Virus record (IMG/VR): IMGVR_UViG_3300049846_002429
Location: 3,160 to 67,159 of that record
Direction: 5' to 3' (one strand)
Origin: a virus
Length of the DNA: 64,000 nucleotides
Of the stretch, positions 1 through 9,633 are shown piece after piece (within the stretch, counting starts at the first letter, position 1; every line of letters begins with the position of its first letter). A program made the translations under genes and the position numbers. The notes beneath the pieces were generated by a model. That model was given only the letters and a program-made list of their open reading frames with translations, had not been told where the DNA came from and did no database searches.

Positions 1-1
1 C

Positions 2-607
2 TCTGCGGTTTCTTTACCTGATCTAGTTCTAGAAGTCAAAAGGGTAGTTTCACCCACCAAATTAATTGTAGGTCCAAAAGTTACGACTGGTAAGATGATT
101 GCCAGACAGAACCTCTCTGCCTATACTGTGGCACTTCTCGCTAATATAAGAGCTGAAGAACAACCTAAAGTTAGAATTCCTCCTGCCGATGTTATACAGG
201 CAGCATACGAACAAGAGCCTACCTTAGCCATAAGAACCCTTGGGGTTGATTGTTATGGGGATGCCTGGGGTAAAGACAATCCCATGCCTATATCCGGTAC
301 CTTTGTGGTTACTGGAGACGAGCCTACTGAACAAGATATTCAAAATATACCCTTTGCGGCTGCCAATACCGAATACACCATTACACTTCCAAATAATACA
401 AAAAGATACCAGATTAGGGTTAGGGACGATGCCTCTAAGGGAAGAATTGCATTTGTTCCTGGAGAGACAGCTACCAATTATTGGACGCTTACTAGGGGAA
501 CTATTGTCGATTCATATACTATGAATTTACCAATAAATCCGCTTATTTATATGAGTTTGGATAAGCCGTCCCAGGTGGTAGAGGTATTGGCATGGACAAA
601 ACCATAA
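2..607 (+). CDS. hypothetical structural protein, probably 5'-truncated by window edge (frame open from nt 2; first ATG at 95)
   Basis: No stop in frame between nt 2 and 94. ORF track ORF 95..607. Lies in a co-oriented block with fiber-like genes. Confidence 0.45.
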   Translation, partial: SAVSLPDLVLEVKRVVSPTKLIVGPKVTTGKMIARQNLSAYTVALLANIRAEEQPKVRIPPADVIQAAYEQEPTLAIRTLGVDCYGDAWGKDNPMPISGTFVVTGDEPTEQDIQNIPFAAANTEYTITLPNNTKRYQIRVRDDASKGRIAFVPGETATNYWTLTRGTIVDSYTMNLPINPLIYMSLDKPSQVVEVLAWTKP

Positions 608-677
608 ATCAATTAAAACAAGCCAAGAATGGCAATCTTTATGATAAAGAAATAGGATTCCTTGGAGGGAATAGAAT

Positions 678-1523
678 ATGATAGACCATTTAATTTTTGA
701 TACCACAGACGCTCAGACTATGGCAGATACCCATAGCGTTGGCGCGTATTTAAGAGACGCTGCTGGAAGTTTGATTACTTCTCAAGCAAACGGCTCCCAA
801 CAAGCCCTGGACGTTGGTATTAACGTAGCAGGCGTACAAATTGACCCACGACAAATTCGTGCGTTGACAAATGCCGATGTAGTCACTGTAGAACAAGGAA
901 CTAGCCCTTGGGTTGTTTCTGCTACCGATCTCGATATTCGCAATTTGTCTCATACACAAGATTCTATTAAAATCGGTGATGGAACAGATTTTCTAGCAAT
1001 CAATGCTGATGGCTCTATCAATGTTAACGCTGATATTAGTGTTACCAATGGTTCTGATAAAGCAGAAGATGCCGCTCATGCTAGTGGAGATATTGGTACT
1101 TATGTATTGGCAGTTCGCCAAGACACTCTCGCCAATAGCGTTAGCGCTGATGGTGACTATGCATCACTTAAAGTTGATGCTGTAGGCGCATTGTATGTAA
1201 ACGTAGCTGCTTTTTCTGGAACTGTTACGGTTACAGATGCAGCTCTTGCTAATACAGCTATTTTATCTGCAGCAAATCCTTTGGATATTGCCGATACTGC
1301 TGAAGCTGTAAAAGCTAGTGCATTGGCAAGTCGTAAATATCTTTGGATTTATAATAACGACAACACTAAAGTTTTTATCGGTGCTTCAGGCGTTACAGCG
1401 GCCAATGGCTTTCCTGTATCTCCTGGCTCTTACCTTGAGTTGCGAGCAGGCCCTGCAGTCTCTCCATTCTTTGTAGGTCAATCTGGTAAAACTCCAGAGA
1501 TCAGAACTCTCGAACTTAGCTAA
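678..1523 (+). CDS. virion structural protein, beta-rich with short D/T/A/V repeats (fiber- or decoration-like)
   Basis: 281-aa ORF, RBS GGAGGGAATAGAATATG, followed by strong intrinsic terminator. Repetitive Ala/Val/Thr/Asp-rich composition typical of fibre or decoration proteins. Confidence 0.6.
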   Translation: MIDHLIFDTTDAQTMADTHSVGAYLRDAAGSLITSQANGSQQALDVGINVAGVQIDPRQIRALTNADVVTVEQGTSPWVVSATDLDIRNLSHTQDSIKIGDGTDFLAINADGSINVNADISVTNGSDKAEDAAHASGDIGTYVLAVRQDTLANSVSADGDYASLKVDAVGALYVNVAAFSGTVTVTDAALANTAILSAANPLDIADTAEAVKASALASRKYLWIYNNDNTKVFIGASGVTAANGFPVSPGSYLELRAGPAVSPFFVGQSGKTPEIRTLELS

Positions 1524-1546
1524 TTATTAGCTTTGTTATTATTACA

Positions 1547-1578
1547 CATCATGGTGGGAGTGTATTATTGCACTCCCA
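1547..1578 (+). terminator. rho-independent terminator
   Basis: GGGAGTG-tattattg-CACTCCC stem followed by ATTTTTATTT. Confidence 0.6.
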
Positions 1579-1598
1579 TTTTTATTTAAGGAGAAGAT

Positions 1599-1835
1599 AT
1601 GACAGATATGCATTTTACAGAAGACGATAAAAAACAAGTTATCGAGTTCCTTAATATGACGGCTAAACATGCTAGGCTTGATCTTAGCACTGCCGAAATA
1701 ATCAATTACTTCAAACTTCTTTCCCATATGCAGGCTAAGATTCTTCCAAAAATAGATGCAAATATATTGGAAGTAAAACGTGTTATTGAAGCACAACAAC
1801 CTGAGCAAGAGGAACCTAAAAAAGGTAAGAAATAA
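1599..1835 (+). CDS. hypothetical protein
   Basis: RBS AAGGAGAAG 6 nt upstream of ATG; ATGA overlap with next gene. Confidence 0.55.
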   Translation: MTDMHFTEDDKKQVIEFLNMTAKHARLDLSTAEIINYFKLLSHMQAKILPKIDANILEVKRVIEAQQPEQEEPKKGKK

Positions 1836-2140
1836 TGTTTCAACCATTAGATGGGCCTTCGGCACAGATTAAACTAACTGGGGTTGGAACTGCTACCCCT
1901 GTTGAAGCTAAAGTTGGTGCAAACGCACTTACCGATAGGCAAGTTATTACCCTACAGCCTAGTGGAAATATGAAGGTTTATTTTAGTGACGGAACAGTGC
2001 CATCTGCAGCAACAATATTGGCCAATGGATTAGATCATTATAAAAATGCAAAGGAAACGTATGAGGCTGGCGAAAAACAAAAAGTTTATGTATTAGCTGC
2101 AACAGGAACAATAGACATTATCGTGGTTGAAAGGGCTTAA
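1835..2140 (+). CDS. hypothetical protein (structural block)
   Basis: ORF with translational coupling to its neighbours. Confidence 0.5.
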   Translation: MFQPLDGPSAQIKLTGVGTATPVEAKVGANALTDRQVITLQPSGNMKVYFSDGTVPSAATILANGLDHYKNAKETYEAGEKQKVYVLAATGTIDIIVVERA

Positions 2141-2143
2141 TTT

Positions 2144-2632
2144 ATGTCAAGAAGGGACGATTTTAGAGATATAGCCAAGTCTGTTCCTTTTGATAATTCA
2201 TCAAACGGATTTACTTCTACCGATGTTCAAGGTGCTATAGAAGAATTAAAAAGCAGTATTGCGACCTCAGCTTCTCCAGGCTTTTCTTTTGGTAGATCAG
2301 GAAACGTAACTTCTGGAGCCTATCTACAAAATGAAACGGTTCCGTCCAATATTTCTGGTAGATGGGTTTATATTAATAGCGCCTCTATTCAAAAAGTATT
2401 TATAGCTAATGAATTAACTACAACATATAAAATTGAAGTTTTGTATCATGATGGAAATGAAGTGGGGTTAACTTCTTTAGGAACTGTAACTGTTACTGCA
2501 GCAAAAGGTGGTGCGTTTTCAGTAAACTGGGCAGTTCCAACAAACAAACAAATTGCGGTTAGATTAGCTACAGACAGCCCTAACTCTGCAAAAAATTTAG
2601 TTGTTGGTTTACAATTAGCGGGAACTACATAA
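2144..2632 (+). CDS. hypothetical protein (structural block)
   Basis: 162-aa ORF, tightly packed, beta-rich composition. Confidence 0.5.
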   Translation: MSRRDDFRDIAKSVPFDNSSNGFTSTDVQGAIEELKSSIATSASPGFSFGRSGNVTSGAYLQNETVPSNISGRWVYINSASIQKVFIANELTTTYKIEVLYHDGNEVGLTSLGTVTVTAAKGGAFSVNWAVPTNKQIAVRLATDSPNSAKNLVVGLQLAGTT

Positions 2633-2633
2633 T

Positions 2634-3326
2634 ATGGCTAAAATTATTAAAAATACTACAGGTTCAAGCATTGCTATAGCAGATACAGGAATTACAGTTC
2701 CTGCTAATTCTCAATATACAATTCCACCACAAGATTATTGGCTTTGGGCTGCATCTGATAACATCATTACCAGAGTTGGCAATGGGTCAATCGTAGTTAA
2801 CGATGGTTCTTTTGATCTTGGAATATCAGATGGAATGGATTTAATTAAAGGATTATTTCCTGCTCAAGTAGAGGTTAAAAGTGTTCCTGGAGAAATAGTT
2901 GTCGTTAGAGACGATGACCTTAATGTTACCCTCGCTTCAATAGCTTCAAGTTTAGGAGCTACCTCTGGAAACGGTATAGTAAAATATGGTATGACTCCTG
3001 TAACTACAAAAACAGAAACAGATTTAACAGACACCATTTACACAGTACCTTCAGGCAAGAAATTTTCAATAAATAATTTTACAGGCTCTTATGATTTACA
3101 GTTTACAACAATAGTTAGATTCAAAAAACAGACTGGTGGTACAGGAGCATTTAATACGATGTTTGCTATGACATTGCAGGTTGGTGGTCAAGGACAAAGC
3201 ACCATTCCTATAAATTTTGGTAACGGAGTTATTGTAGGCTCTGCAGGAGATGTTTTTAAAATTACCTATGAAACAACCAACTCTAGAGGCAACATAAGAG
3301 CTTTTTTTACAGGAAATGAAATTTAA
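2634..3326 (+). CDS. hypothetical protein (structural block)
   Basis: 230-aa ORF; ATGG overlap with next gene. Confidence 0.5.
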   Translation: MAKIIKNTTGSSIAIADTGITVPANSQYTIPPQDYWLWAASDNIITRVGNGSIVVNDGSFDLGISDGMDLIKGLFPAQVEVKSVPGEIVVVRDDDLNVTLASIASSLGATSGNGIVKYGMTPVTTKTETDLTDTIYTVPSGKKFSINNFTGSYDLQFTTIVRFKKQTGGTGAFNTMFAMTLQVGGQGQSTIPINFGNGVIVGSAGDVFKITYETTNSRGNIRAFFTGNEI

Positions 3327-3703
3327 TGGCTACTGTAATATTTGATCAAGCTAAAACTGCATCTGGGTCAAATGGGTCGGATTTATGGATAGATCTGGGC
3401 CTAATTCCTACTGGGCTTAGAATGTGGATAGGTAGTTGGACTGTTTACGGAGCTAAGGCAGATTCTTTTTATTTATATACAAATAAAACAGGTAAGTCTA
3501 CAGCATTAGCGACAGACTGTACTCTTTTGGCTTCCGTTTCTATAAAGGCAGGTGCCACTGTCACTCAAGATTTATATAAAAAAGGCACATTACACACTAC
3601 AACTGTTTATGGTACTGGTGTAGAGCGATGGTGGATAAATATTAAAGCAAAATCATCCACTTCAGCATCCTATAACTATAAAGTTATTTTTACTACGGAG
3701 TAA
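3326..3703 (+). CDS. hypothetical protein, tandem paralogue A
   Basis: 125 aa. Shares the motif LW(I/V)DLG(L/V)IP(T/N)G...W(I/V)G with the next gene. Confidence 0.55.
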   Translation: MATVIFDQAKTASGSNGSDLWIDLGLIPTGLRMWIGSWTVYGAKADSFYLYTNKTGKSTALATDCTLLASVSIKAGATVTQDLYKKGTLHTTTVYGTGVERWWINIKAKSSTSASYNYKVIFTTE

Positions 3704-3707
3704 GAAA

Positions 3708-4094
3708 ATGGCAAGTATACAACCTGTATTTGATTTAACCATGAGTAATACCGGAACCGTAGGTACGGAAACCTGGGTAGATCTAGGAGTCATTCCTAAT
3801 GGAAAACAACTTTGGGTAGGATACGCTACTTTTGGTGCTGTGGATAAAAACTTACAATTTGAATTGAGATATAATAATGCTGGAGTTTCTACTGGAACTC
3901 TTGCTAATACAACCTTGATGGATTATTCAGGAACTACAGCAGGCTCTTCAATAGATCGAGATTTTTACTGGTATGGAGCCTTAGCTACAATGACTGGCGT
4001 GTCTACTGGGTCAGAAAAATTATGGCTCAGAGTAATAGGTCAAGGTCAATCTACGTCAGGCTTTGAATATATTATTAGGTATACCGTTTATTAA
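3708..4094 (+). CDS. hypothetical protein, tandem paralogue B
   Basis: 128 aa, paralogous to 3326..3703; RBS GGAGTAAGAAAATG. Confidence 0.55.
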   Translation: MASIQPVFDLTMSNTGTVGTETWVDLGVIPNGKQLWVGYATFGAVDKNLQFELRYNNAGVSTGTLANTTLMDYSGTTAGSSIDRDFYWYGALATMTGVSTGSEKLWLRVIGQGQSTSGFEYIIRYTVY

Positions 4095-4105
4095 TAGGAT
4101 TATAT

Positions 4106-4852
4106 ATGATAGTTGATTTATCTTGGGCAGATTTTAAAACAATAATTTCGTATAAAGAAAAAGTACGTTTTGTAGATAGAAGTGATTTTTATATTATCAC
4201 CTATGCAGATGAAGGTGGGATTTTCCAAACAAGCGTAACCAAAGATTCTGGCAATGATCATAATGATTTTGAAAATAACTATAAATCTTATGCGAATAAG
4301 AAATCGGATGAACAAAGAGACCCTGATGGAAGACTGTATAGCAGACCAACAGCGGCAAAGGCTGGTTGGGTATATTTTCTATATCCAATAGAGTTTGCCA
4401 CATCTAAATTAAATTCTGTTTATTGTAAAAAAGCAGATGATACGTCTAGAACAGGAATAACCTATAAAATCTATGATGCTAGTGGTACAGAGATAACAGA
4501 TTCTCAAAATGAAGGAAATGCTGTAAAAACAATAGTTGATTTTGAACCAACGCACGATTATGAAATCGTCGGTGGGCAGCTACAACAGCATACAAGGCCT
4601 ACCACTAATATTAGATTATGGGTTGTCGGTGTACCTGACATTGCAGAAAATTATGGTGGTTCAAAGGAAATGGTAGGAGGGGTAAATTTAAAATTTATCG
4701 ACCCTACAGACAAAGTTCATGCTGATGGTCGAGTTTCAAAATATATGTCTTATAACGCTACTTATCATACAAATAAGTTAAGATTGATATTAAAGCACGA
4801 TGCAGGAATTCAACACGAAGTAATGATGATACTTGAAATTTATAGAGCATAG
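4106..4852 (+). CDS. hypothetical protein
   Basis: 248-aa ORF. Confidence 0.5.
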   Translation: MIVDLSWADFKTIISYKEKVRFVDRSDFYIITYADEGGIFQTSVTKDSGNDHNDFENNYKSYANKKSDEQRDPDGRLYSRPTAAKAGWVYFLYPIEFATSKLNSVYCKKADDTSRTGITYKIYDASGTEITDSQNEGNAVKTIVDFEPTHDYEIVGGQLQQHTRPTTNIRLWVVGVPDIAENYGGSKEMVGGVNLKFIDPTDKVHADGRVSKYMSYNATYHTNKLRLILKHDAGIQHEVMMILEIYRA

Positions 4853-5333
4853 AATGAGAAAGATTGTAATAGGAGCGTCCAGAAGTCCTAAAATAGGTTC
4901 TAAGCTTATCCAGTGGTGGATAGGCGCTCCTTACTCACATGTTTATTCTAAATGGTACCTAAGCGATCAAGATAGGGAAATAGTATATCATGCAGCTCAT
5001 GGTATGGTACATTTCAAATCCTCTGAAAATTTTAAAAAAGAAAACGAAATAGTAAAAGAATTCACGATAGAACTAACTTGTGATCAGTTTGCAAACTTTA
5101 GCTCTACTTGCATCGATCTTGCTGGAGAGCCTTATTCAAAGCTTGAATTATTGCAAATTTTAATGTCTGATATTTCAAATGGCAATATTAGATTCAAAGA
5201 TCAGCCTGGATATATATGCTCAGAATTGATGGCTGATCTTTTAGAAGATCTCGGCTATAAGTTCAATAAGCCTAAATTTTTGATTAATCCTAGAGACATT
5301 GTAGAATGTCTTGAAAAGGGCAAATCAGCGTAA
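4833..5333 (+). CDS. hypothetical protein
   Basis: 166-aa ORF overlapping upstream gene; convergent with minus block. Confidence 0.45.
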   Translation: MKFIEHRMRKIVIGASRSPKIGSKLIQWWIGAPYSHVYSKWYLSDQDREIVYHAAHGMVHFKSSENFKKENEIVKEFTIELTCDQFANFSSTCIDLAGEPYSKLELLQILMSDISNGNIRFKDQPGYICSELMADLLEDLGYKFNKPKFLINPRDIVECLEKGKSA

Positions 5334-5711
5334 CTGTCCAGCTCCCCACACAGCAGCTCCAGTGACAACAATACCTAAAGCAAACCAGAGATATTGATTC
5401 CTATTAGCAAGCTCTGACTGCTTTTGCAAACGCTCAAATTGTTCATAGCTTTCATTGCGCCAAAGCATAACTCGCTCATCAGCTTTCACTAAAGCCAAAT
5501 CTTTAAGCTCAATGCTTTTACGAAGATTTGTAACCTCTACCTTCAGATCATCATTATCCTTTACCACTACACCAACGCGAGCATGGCACTCTGGACTGTA
5601 AAGATAGCCATCGGCTTCTTTCTTAATGCCCTCTGCCCACTTACATTCGGCCATAGCAGTGCCGCTCACAAACAAAGAAGCAGCTAAAACAATACTCATT
5701 AACTTTTTCAT
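5325..5711 (-). CDS. secreted/membrane-anchored protein (N-terminal signal peptide, C-terminal hydrophobic helix)
   Basis: N-terminus MKKLMSIVLAASLFVSGTAMA; C-terminal TM segment LWFALGIVVTGAAVWGAG. Confidence 0.5.
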   Translation of the reverse strand: MKKLMSIVLAASLFVSGTAMAECKWAEGIKKEADGYLYSPECHARVGVVVKDNDDLKVEVTNLRKSIELKDLALVKADERVMLWRNESYEQFERLQKQSELANRNQYLWFALGIVVTGAAVWGAGQLR

Positions 5712-6383
5712 CTAATCCTCCTTAGAATCATATTTTCTATAAACAGGTCCGTTTTTCTTTACTTCGGCAATCAAATTGCTAATCTCTTGTATATTTACAG
5801 GCTTGTATTTCCATGCATCAACGCCTACATGAATAGCTCTGCCATTAATCTTATGTGTGCTATGGGTATGACCATGAATCAGAAACTGTCCACGATCAAT
5901 AGGTCGTTTGCTGTGGTATTTCTCAAAGAAAATAGGCCTTACATCAAACCCCATCCACATAAGCATTCGCTTTACTTTAGATTTAAACTTTACCCATTGG
6001 AATAGTTTTTCGTCCATAGCGAATGGATAGTGGGAAAAATGAACTCTTTCGCCAGCAATAGTCATAACCATTTCATCAACAGAAAGCTCAAAGCCTACGT
6101 TCATCATAATACGATGTTCAAAGTCGTGATTTCCCTTAACCAATATCTTCCGGCCATTCATACGAGCAAGTGTTTCGCGCATCTGATCTTTGGTGTGATA
6201 GAAGAATATATCTCCTACAAAAATACAAAGATCTTCAGGCTTTACAACCTTATTCCAATTGGCAATGATCGTTTCTTTCATCTCATGAATGTCTTTAAAA
6301 GGACGATCACTATACTGAATCACATTGGCATGACCAAAATGAATATCTGAGGTGAACCAAGTGGTCCAATGTTTGTTAGTCAT
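5712..6383 (-). CDS. calcineurin-like metallophosphoesterase
   Basis: Motifs SDIHFGH, VGDIF, GNHD, HGHTHS. Confidence 0.7.
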   Translation of the reverse strand: MTNKHWTTWFTSDIHFGHANVIQYSDRPFKDIHEMKETIIANWNKVVKPEDLCIFVGDIFFYHTKDQMRETLARMNGRKILVKGNHDFEHRIMMNVGFELSVDEMVMTIAGERVHFSHYPFAMDEKLFQWVKFKSKVKRMLMWMGFDVRPIFFEKYHSKRPIDRGQFLIHGHTHSTHKINGRAIHVGVDAWKYKPVNIQEISNLIAEVKKNGPVYRKYDSKED

Positions 6384-6681
6384 TGCGCTTCTTGTTCCAA
6401 TCCAAATCTACAGCATCATCGGCATGGCGATCTTCGATACGCTGAGCAGCCTTATCAGCTTCTTTCAAAGCACCATCGGATGCTTTTTTAAGAGCGTCTT
6501 CTTCTGCTGCAAGCTTATCGTCTTTCTTTTGAGCGCCTTCAAGACTTTTCTTAGCCGCAAACTCATTGTACATCATATACAGCTTTGTTCCTATGATCAA
6601 CAGTGTGATCGGCAGTAAAATAATGCCTAGGATGATGCAAATTGTTTTTTGTGTTTGCCACAGTTTCTCTAGCTTTTCCAT
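6376..6681 (-). CDS. membrane protein with coiled-coil tail
   Basis: TM helix ICIILGIILLPITLLIIG followed by a charged helical region. Confidence 0.45.
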   Translation of the reverse strand: MEKLEKLWQTQKTICIILGIILLPITLLIIGTKLYMMYNEFAAKKSLEGAQKKDDKLAAEEDALKKASDGALKEADKAAQRIEDRHADDAVDLDWNKKRND

Positions 6682-7164
6682 TTATGCTTCCTTTTGTAGA
6701 TCGTTAAAATACATGTTATTTAATACATTTCCAATTTGATGAGCTTCTCTGATAACCTGAGCATTGACATCGCTGCCAAACTTTGTTTTCACCCACTCAA
6801 CTATCTCAACCTTTTGTTTGTAATCGGTTTTGACAGTTGTCTTGGCAACTGGGTCAGCAATGTAGTAGTCGGCCATAATAGCATCAAAGTCACGCTCTGT
6901 GTTCATAAGCCAATTACCATTCTTGTGCTTATTCTTTTTCTTCATGCCATCTTCGGTCATTAAAGCAGCGATAACTTGGCGCTTTAAAGCCTTTGCATCT
7001 TCAAAGCTAACACCATAATCAACGAGGTATTCGGCTAAGATCTTGAGTTGCGGCTCACGACTTGAGTATGAAAAGCGACTAAAGCCATCTTTCAATATAT
7101 GGGCTTGCCATTTATTGAAAACATCAGTGATTGAAAGAGTTTCGTTTTGCTTGTTCTCGCTCAT
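6682..7164 (-). CDS. hypothetical protein
   Basis: 160-aa ORF in minus-strand operon. Confidence 0.5.
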   Translation of the reverse strand: MSENKQNETLSITDVFNKWQAHILKDGFSRFSYSSREPQLKILAEYLVDYGVSFEDAKALKRQVIAALMTEDGMKKKNKHKNGNWLMNTERDFDAIMADYYIADPVAKTTVKTDYKQKVEIVEWVKTKFGSDVNAQVIREAHQIGNVLNNMYFNDLQKEA

Positions 7165-7747
7165 ATACCTTCCTTTCTATTCTAAGTTCTTCTTCTGTTT
7201 TTGGTTGTTTAACTTCTTCACCAGTCTCTTCTGCTTTGCTCTTGTCATACCATTCAAGAAACTTTTCTTTTTTAGCTCTTGCGACATCACGACCCATTAA
7301 ACTTATAAGCAGATTGTGGAACAGTGGGTTGGTTACTTCATACATCCCACCTCTACCCTTTACACCAGGCGCTCGTTTAACTGGCTTACGAAGCACAGTA
7401 AATATATTGCCTTCTGATATAGTTCTTCGTTTTAAATCGTCACAAGCATCGGTATCACAGGACTTTAGATCATGGTTGGGGTCGTTACGAACCAAATCGT
7501 TTAAAACCTCATTGGTCATCAAGAACACATTATTTTGCTGTGTAAATATAGAGTTAAACAAACTAGCCATGCGTTTATGAGCCGTATCCGTACTTGTATA
7601 AAACGGAGCAAGCATATTTTGAACATCTTCAGGGAAATCTGAAAGTAGACTAACCTCAGTCAGTTTTGCAACAGACGGCTTACTGAGGTGCTTTTCCATA
7701 AACTCTGCAAATTGCTGATAGGTGCTACTTTTCTTTCTATCGTCCAT
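7124..7747 (-). CDS. hypothetical protein
   Basis: 207-aa ORF; first gene downstream of minus-strand promoters at 7766 and 8026. Confidence 0.5.
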   Translation of the reverse strand: MDDRKKSSTYQQFAEFMEKHLSKPSVAKLTEVSLLSDFPEDVQNMLAPFYTSTDTAHKRMASLFNSIFTQQNNVFLMTNEVLNDLVRNDPNHDLKSCDTDACDDLKRRTISEGNIFTVLRKPVKRAPGVKGRGGMYEVTNPLFHNLLISLMGRDVARAKKEKFLEWYDKSKAEETGEEVKQPKTEEELRIERKVYEREQAKRNSFNH

Positions 7748-7765
7748 CCAAACCTCTTTAAATTG

Positions 7766-7774
7766 ATAATACCA
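7766..7774 (-). promoter_or_regulatory. extended -10 promoter (minus strand TGGTATTAT)
   Basis: Reverse complement of ATAATACCA; member of the recurring promoter family. Confidence 0.5.
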
Positions 7775-7788
7775 TAAAAAACATTGAA

Positions 7789-7877
7789 CTCTTAATAAAA
7801 CTCTTATTATCCTCTTAATATCCCTCTTATTAAGCCTCTTATCACTCCTCTTAATAAAACTCTTAATTTTCCTCTTG
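7789..7877. repeat. array of 8 CTCTTAWT direct repeats at 11-13 bp spacing
   Basis: CTCTTA at 7789, 7801, 7812, 7824, 7836, 7847, 7860 and 7872. Located between two tandem minus-strand promoters in the divergent control region. Confidence 0.7.
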
Positions 7878-7890
7878 GGTTAAGGGAGAA

Positions 7891-7907
7891 TGAAGTGAAG
7901 TGAAGTG
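7891..7907. repeat. GAAGT x3 pentamer repeat
   Basis: TGAAGTGAAGTGAAGTG. Confidence 0.5.
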
Positions 7908-8025
7908 GGAAATGAACCTAAGCCGATTCCTAGAAATAAGCGTTTTCCTATTCCTTTGAACCTTCCCTACTACTGTGTAATCATGACGGCGCAACGAAAA
8001 ATAATGCATAAAGTTCTCCATTTGT

Positions 8026-8034
8026 ATTATACCA
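8026..8034 (-). promoter_or_regulatory. extended -10 promoter (minus strand TGGTATAAT)
   Basis: Reverse complement of ATTATACCA. Confidence 0.5.
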
Positions 8035-8052
8035 TAAAAGCGTTATGATTTG

Positions 8053-8061
8053 TGGTATAAT
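8053..8061 (+). promoter_or_regulatory. extended -10 promoter TTGTGGTATAAT
   Basis: Exact 12-mer TTGTGGTATAAT, repeated at least 6 times in the window. Confidence 0.55.
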
Positions 8062-8090
8062 AGATTAAGAATCATACCAATGAGGTACCT

Positions 8091-8564
8091 ATGGAATTTC
8101 TAGAACAAACCGCTAAGTTTACAGTGAACATCACTGGCAGGCATAGCAAGAATAGCTATATGGGCACGTTTCGTGTTAAGTGTTTGCTCTCACCATTAGA
8201 AGAGATTGCTGCTGATAAAAGATATCGAGATTTGCTTGGTGCTAATTCACATTTGGCTCAAGAGCGTATTCGTCAACAAGCCTATGCCTTGTCGCAATTA
8301 GAACAGCGAGTTATTGAAATGCCTCCTTTCTGGGAAAACGATGTGATTCCAGGCGGTCACGTTCAAGATGACAATGTTATTTTAGATATTCTTGATCTGG
8401 CAATTGAAGCTCAAGAGAAATATATAAAAGATAAAGAAAAAGAATTGGAAGAGCGCCGTAAGCGTTTAACCAAGAATATCAAGAAGAAAAAGATCGAGAA
8501 GGAACCGGAGCTTGACGGACCAGAAGAGGTAGATGTTCCTGACGATGAGGTGAAAATTGATTAA
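8091..8564 (+). CDS. hypothetical protein with charged C-terminus
   Basis: 157-aa ORF downstream of promoter. Confidence 0.5.
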   Translation: MEFLEQTAKFTVNITGRHSKNSYMGTFRVKCLLSPLEEIAADKRYRDLLGANSHLAQERIRQQAYALSQLEQRVIEMPPFWENDVIPGGHVQDDNVILDILDLAIEAQEKYIKDKEKELEERRKRLTKNIKKKKIEKEPELDGPEEVDVPDDEVKID

Positions 8565-8772
8565 AGCAACTGTACTTTCCGTAGTATTATCAGCTAGTTG
8601 TCCACCTACCAAGCTTATTGGTTTTGATGCACCTTTGACTGAACAGGAAACACAATCACTCAACCATGCCAAGAAACGCTGTGCTGAAATCTATCCTGAT
8701 TCTCCATGCTTAAAGAGTTTTGAGAAGCGTGAAGAGCAAGTGTTCTGGGCTATTTGTGGAGCTGCTGAGTGA
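8557..8772 (+). CDS. small secreted/lipoprotein-like protein
   Basis: N-terminus MIKATVLSVVLSASC. Confidence 0.4.
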   Translation: MIKATVLSVVLSASCPPTKLIGFDAPLTEQETQSLNHAKKRCAEIYPDSPCLKSFEKREEQVFWAICGAAE

Positions 8773-9077
8773 GAAAAGGTCATTGGCGTTTAGTTTTAGA
8801 ACATCTACCTGAAGGAAAAACCAATCCTGCATCTAGGATGACTGTGATTGCCAACACCAAAGAAGAAACTGTGGAGGGCCTCAAAAAGATTTTCACAGGC
8901 GAGATTAAAATGTCAGAGATACCCAAAACAGGGTTAGATCTTAGAAACTCACACAAAACAGGGTTATCAAAAGCCAAGCAAAAAGAACAAGAAGCTTTGG
9001 ATATGATTCACTTAACACAGGAATTAAATAGAAATCTAGAGAAGATCGGTGTTTCTATTAAAACAAAAAAGAAATGA
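8769..9077 (+). CDS. hypothetical protein (GTG start)
   Basis: ORF starts at GTG, overlapping upstream stop. Confidence 0.35.
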   Translation: MRKGHWRLVLEHLPEGKTNPASRMTVIANTKEETVEGLKKIFTGEIKMSEIPKTGLDLRNSHKTGLSKAKQKEQEALDMIHLTQELNRNLEKIGVSIKTKKK

Positions 9078-9598
9078 AACGTAAACAAATACCAAACCCT
9101 ATGGTTGCAGTTCAGAATGCTCAGCTATTAGCTATTGAGGGCAGGCTGTCAAATACTATGGATGCCTTTGAACGTAGAGTCCGTAGGTGGTTTAGTAAAG
9201 AACACAGTACACCTTATCTAGATACTTTTAAGCTTCCTTGGGATGAACTGCTCCTACACTACTACGAATCAAACCTGGCCGACAAGAGCTATAATGAGGT
9301 TTTTGATCTAGCAGTGGAGCAGTATTTACCTGAGTTTATGGAAGCTGCAGAAGAGACGGATGCAGAGTTCGCAGCATCACTTGTAAAGCGTCAGGAAGCT
9401 GAATTAAAGGCTAAGAAGGCCAGGGATAAGCACCTTAAGGACCTAGAGGCTGCAAGCAAGCAGATGGCCGATAGCGCGGCTATAATCAAGGATAAAGCAC
9501 AATCTATAAGTAATAAGCTGGATGAAAAGAATGCTAATAAGCCTTCGCCTAAAGCGATGAGTTTAAAGTTTGACGACAATCCAGAAGATGACATTTAG
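9074..9598 (+). CDS. hypothetical protein
   Basis: 174-aa ORF with ATGA coupling. Confidence 0.5.
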   Translation: MKRKQIPNPMVAVQNAQLLAIEGRLSNTMDAFERRVRRWFSKEHSTPYLDTFKLPWDELLLHYYESNLADKSYNEVFDLAVEQYLPEFMEAAEETDAEFAASLVKRQEAELKAKKARDKHLKDLEAASKQMADSAAIIKDKAQSISNKLDEKNANKPSPKAMSLKFDDNPEDDI

Positions 9599-9633
9599 CC
9601 CTAAATAGCTCTAAAGGCGTGGGTTAGGTGCAT

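Noticed and set aside
240-524. 94-aa ORF nested in another frame inside 95..607
   Set aside because: Fully embedded in a longer ORF that has better context; no RBS; composition typical of an alternative-frame artefact.
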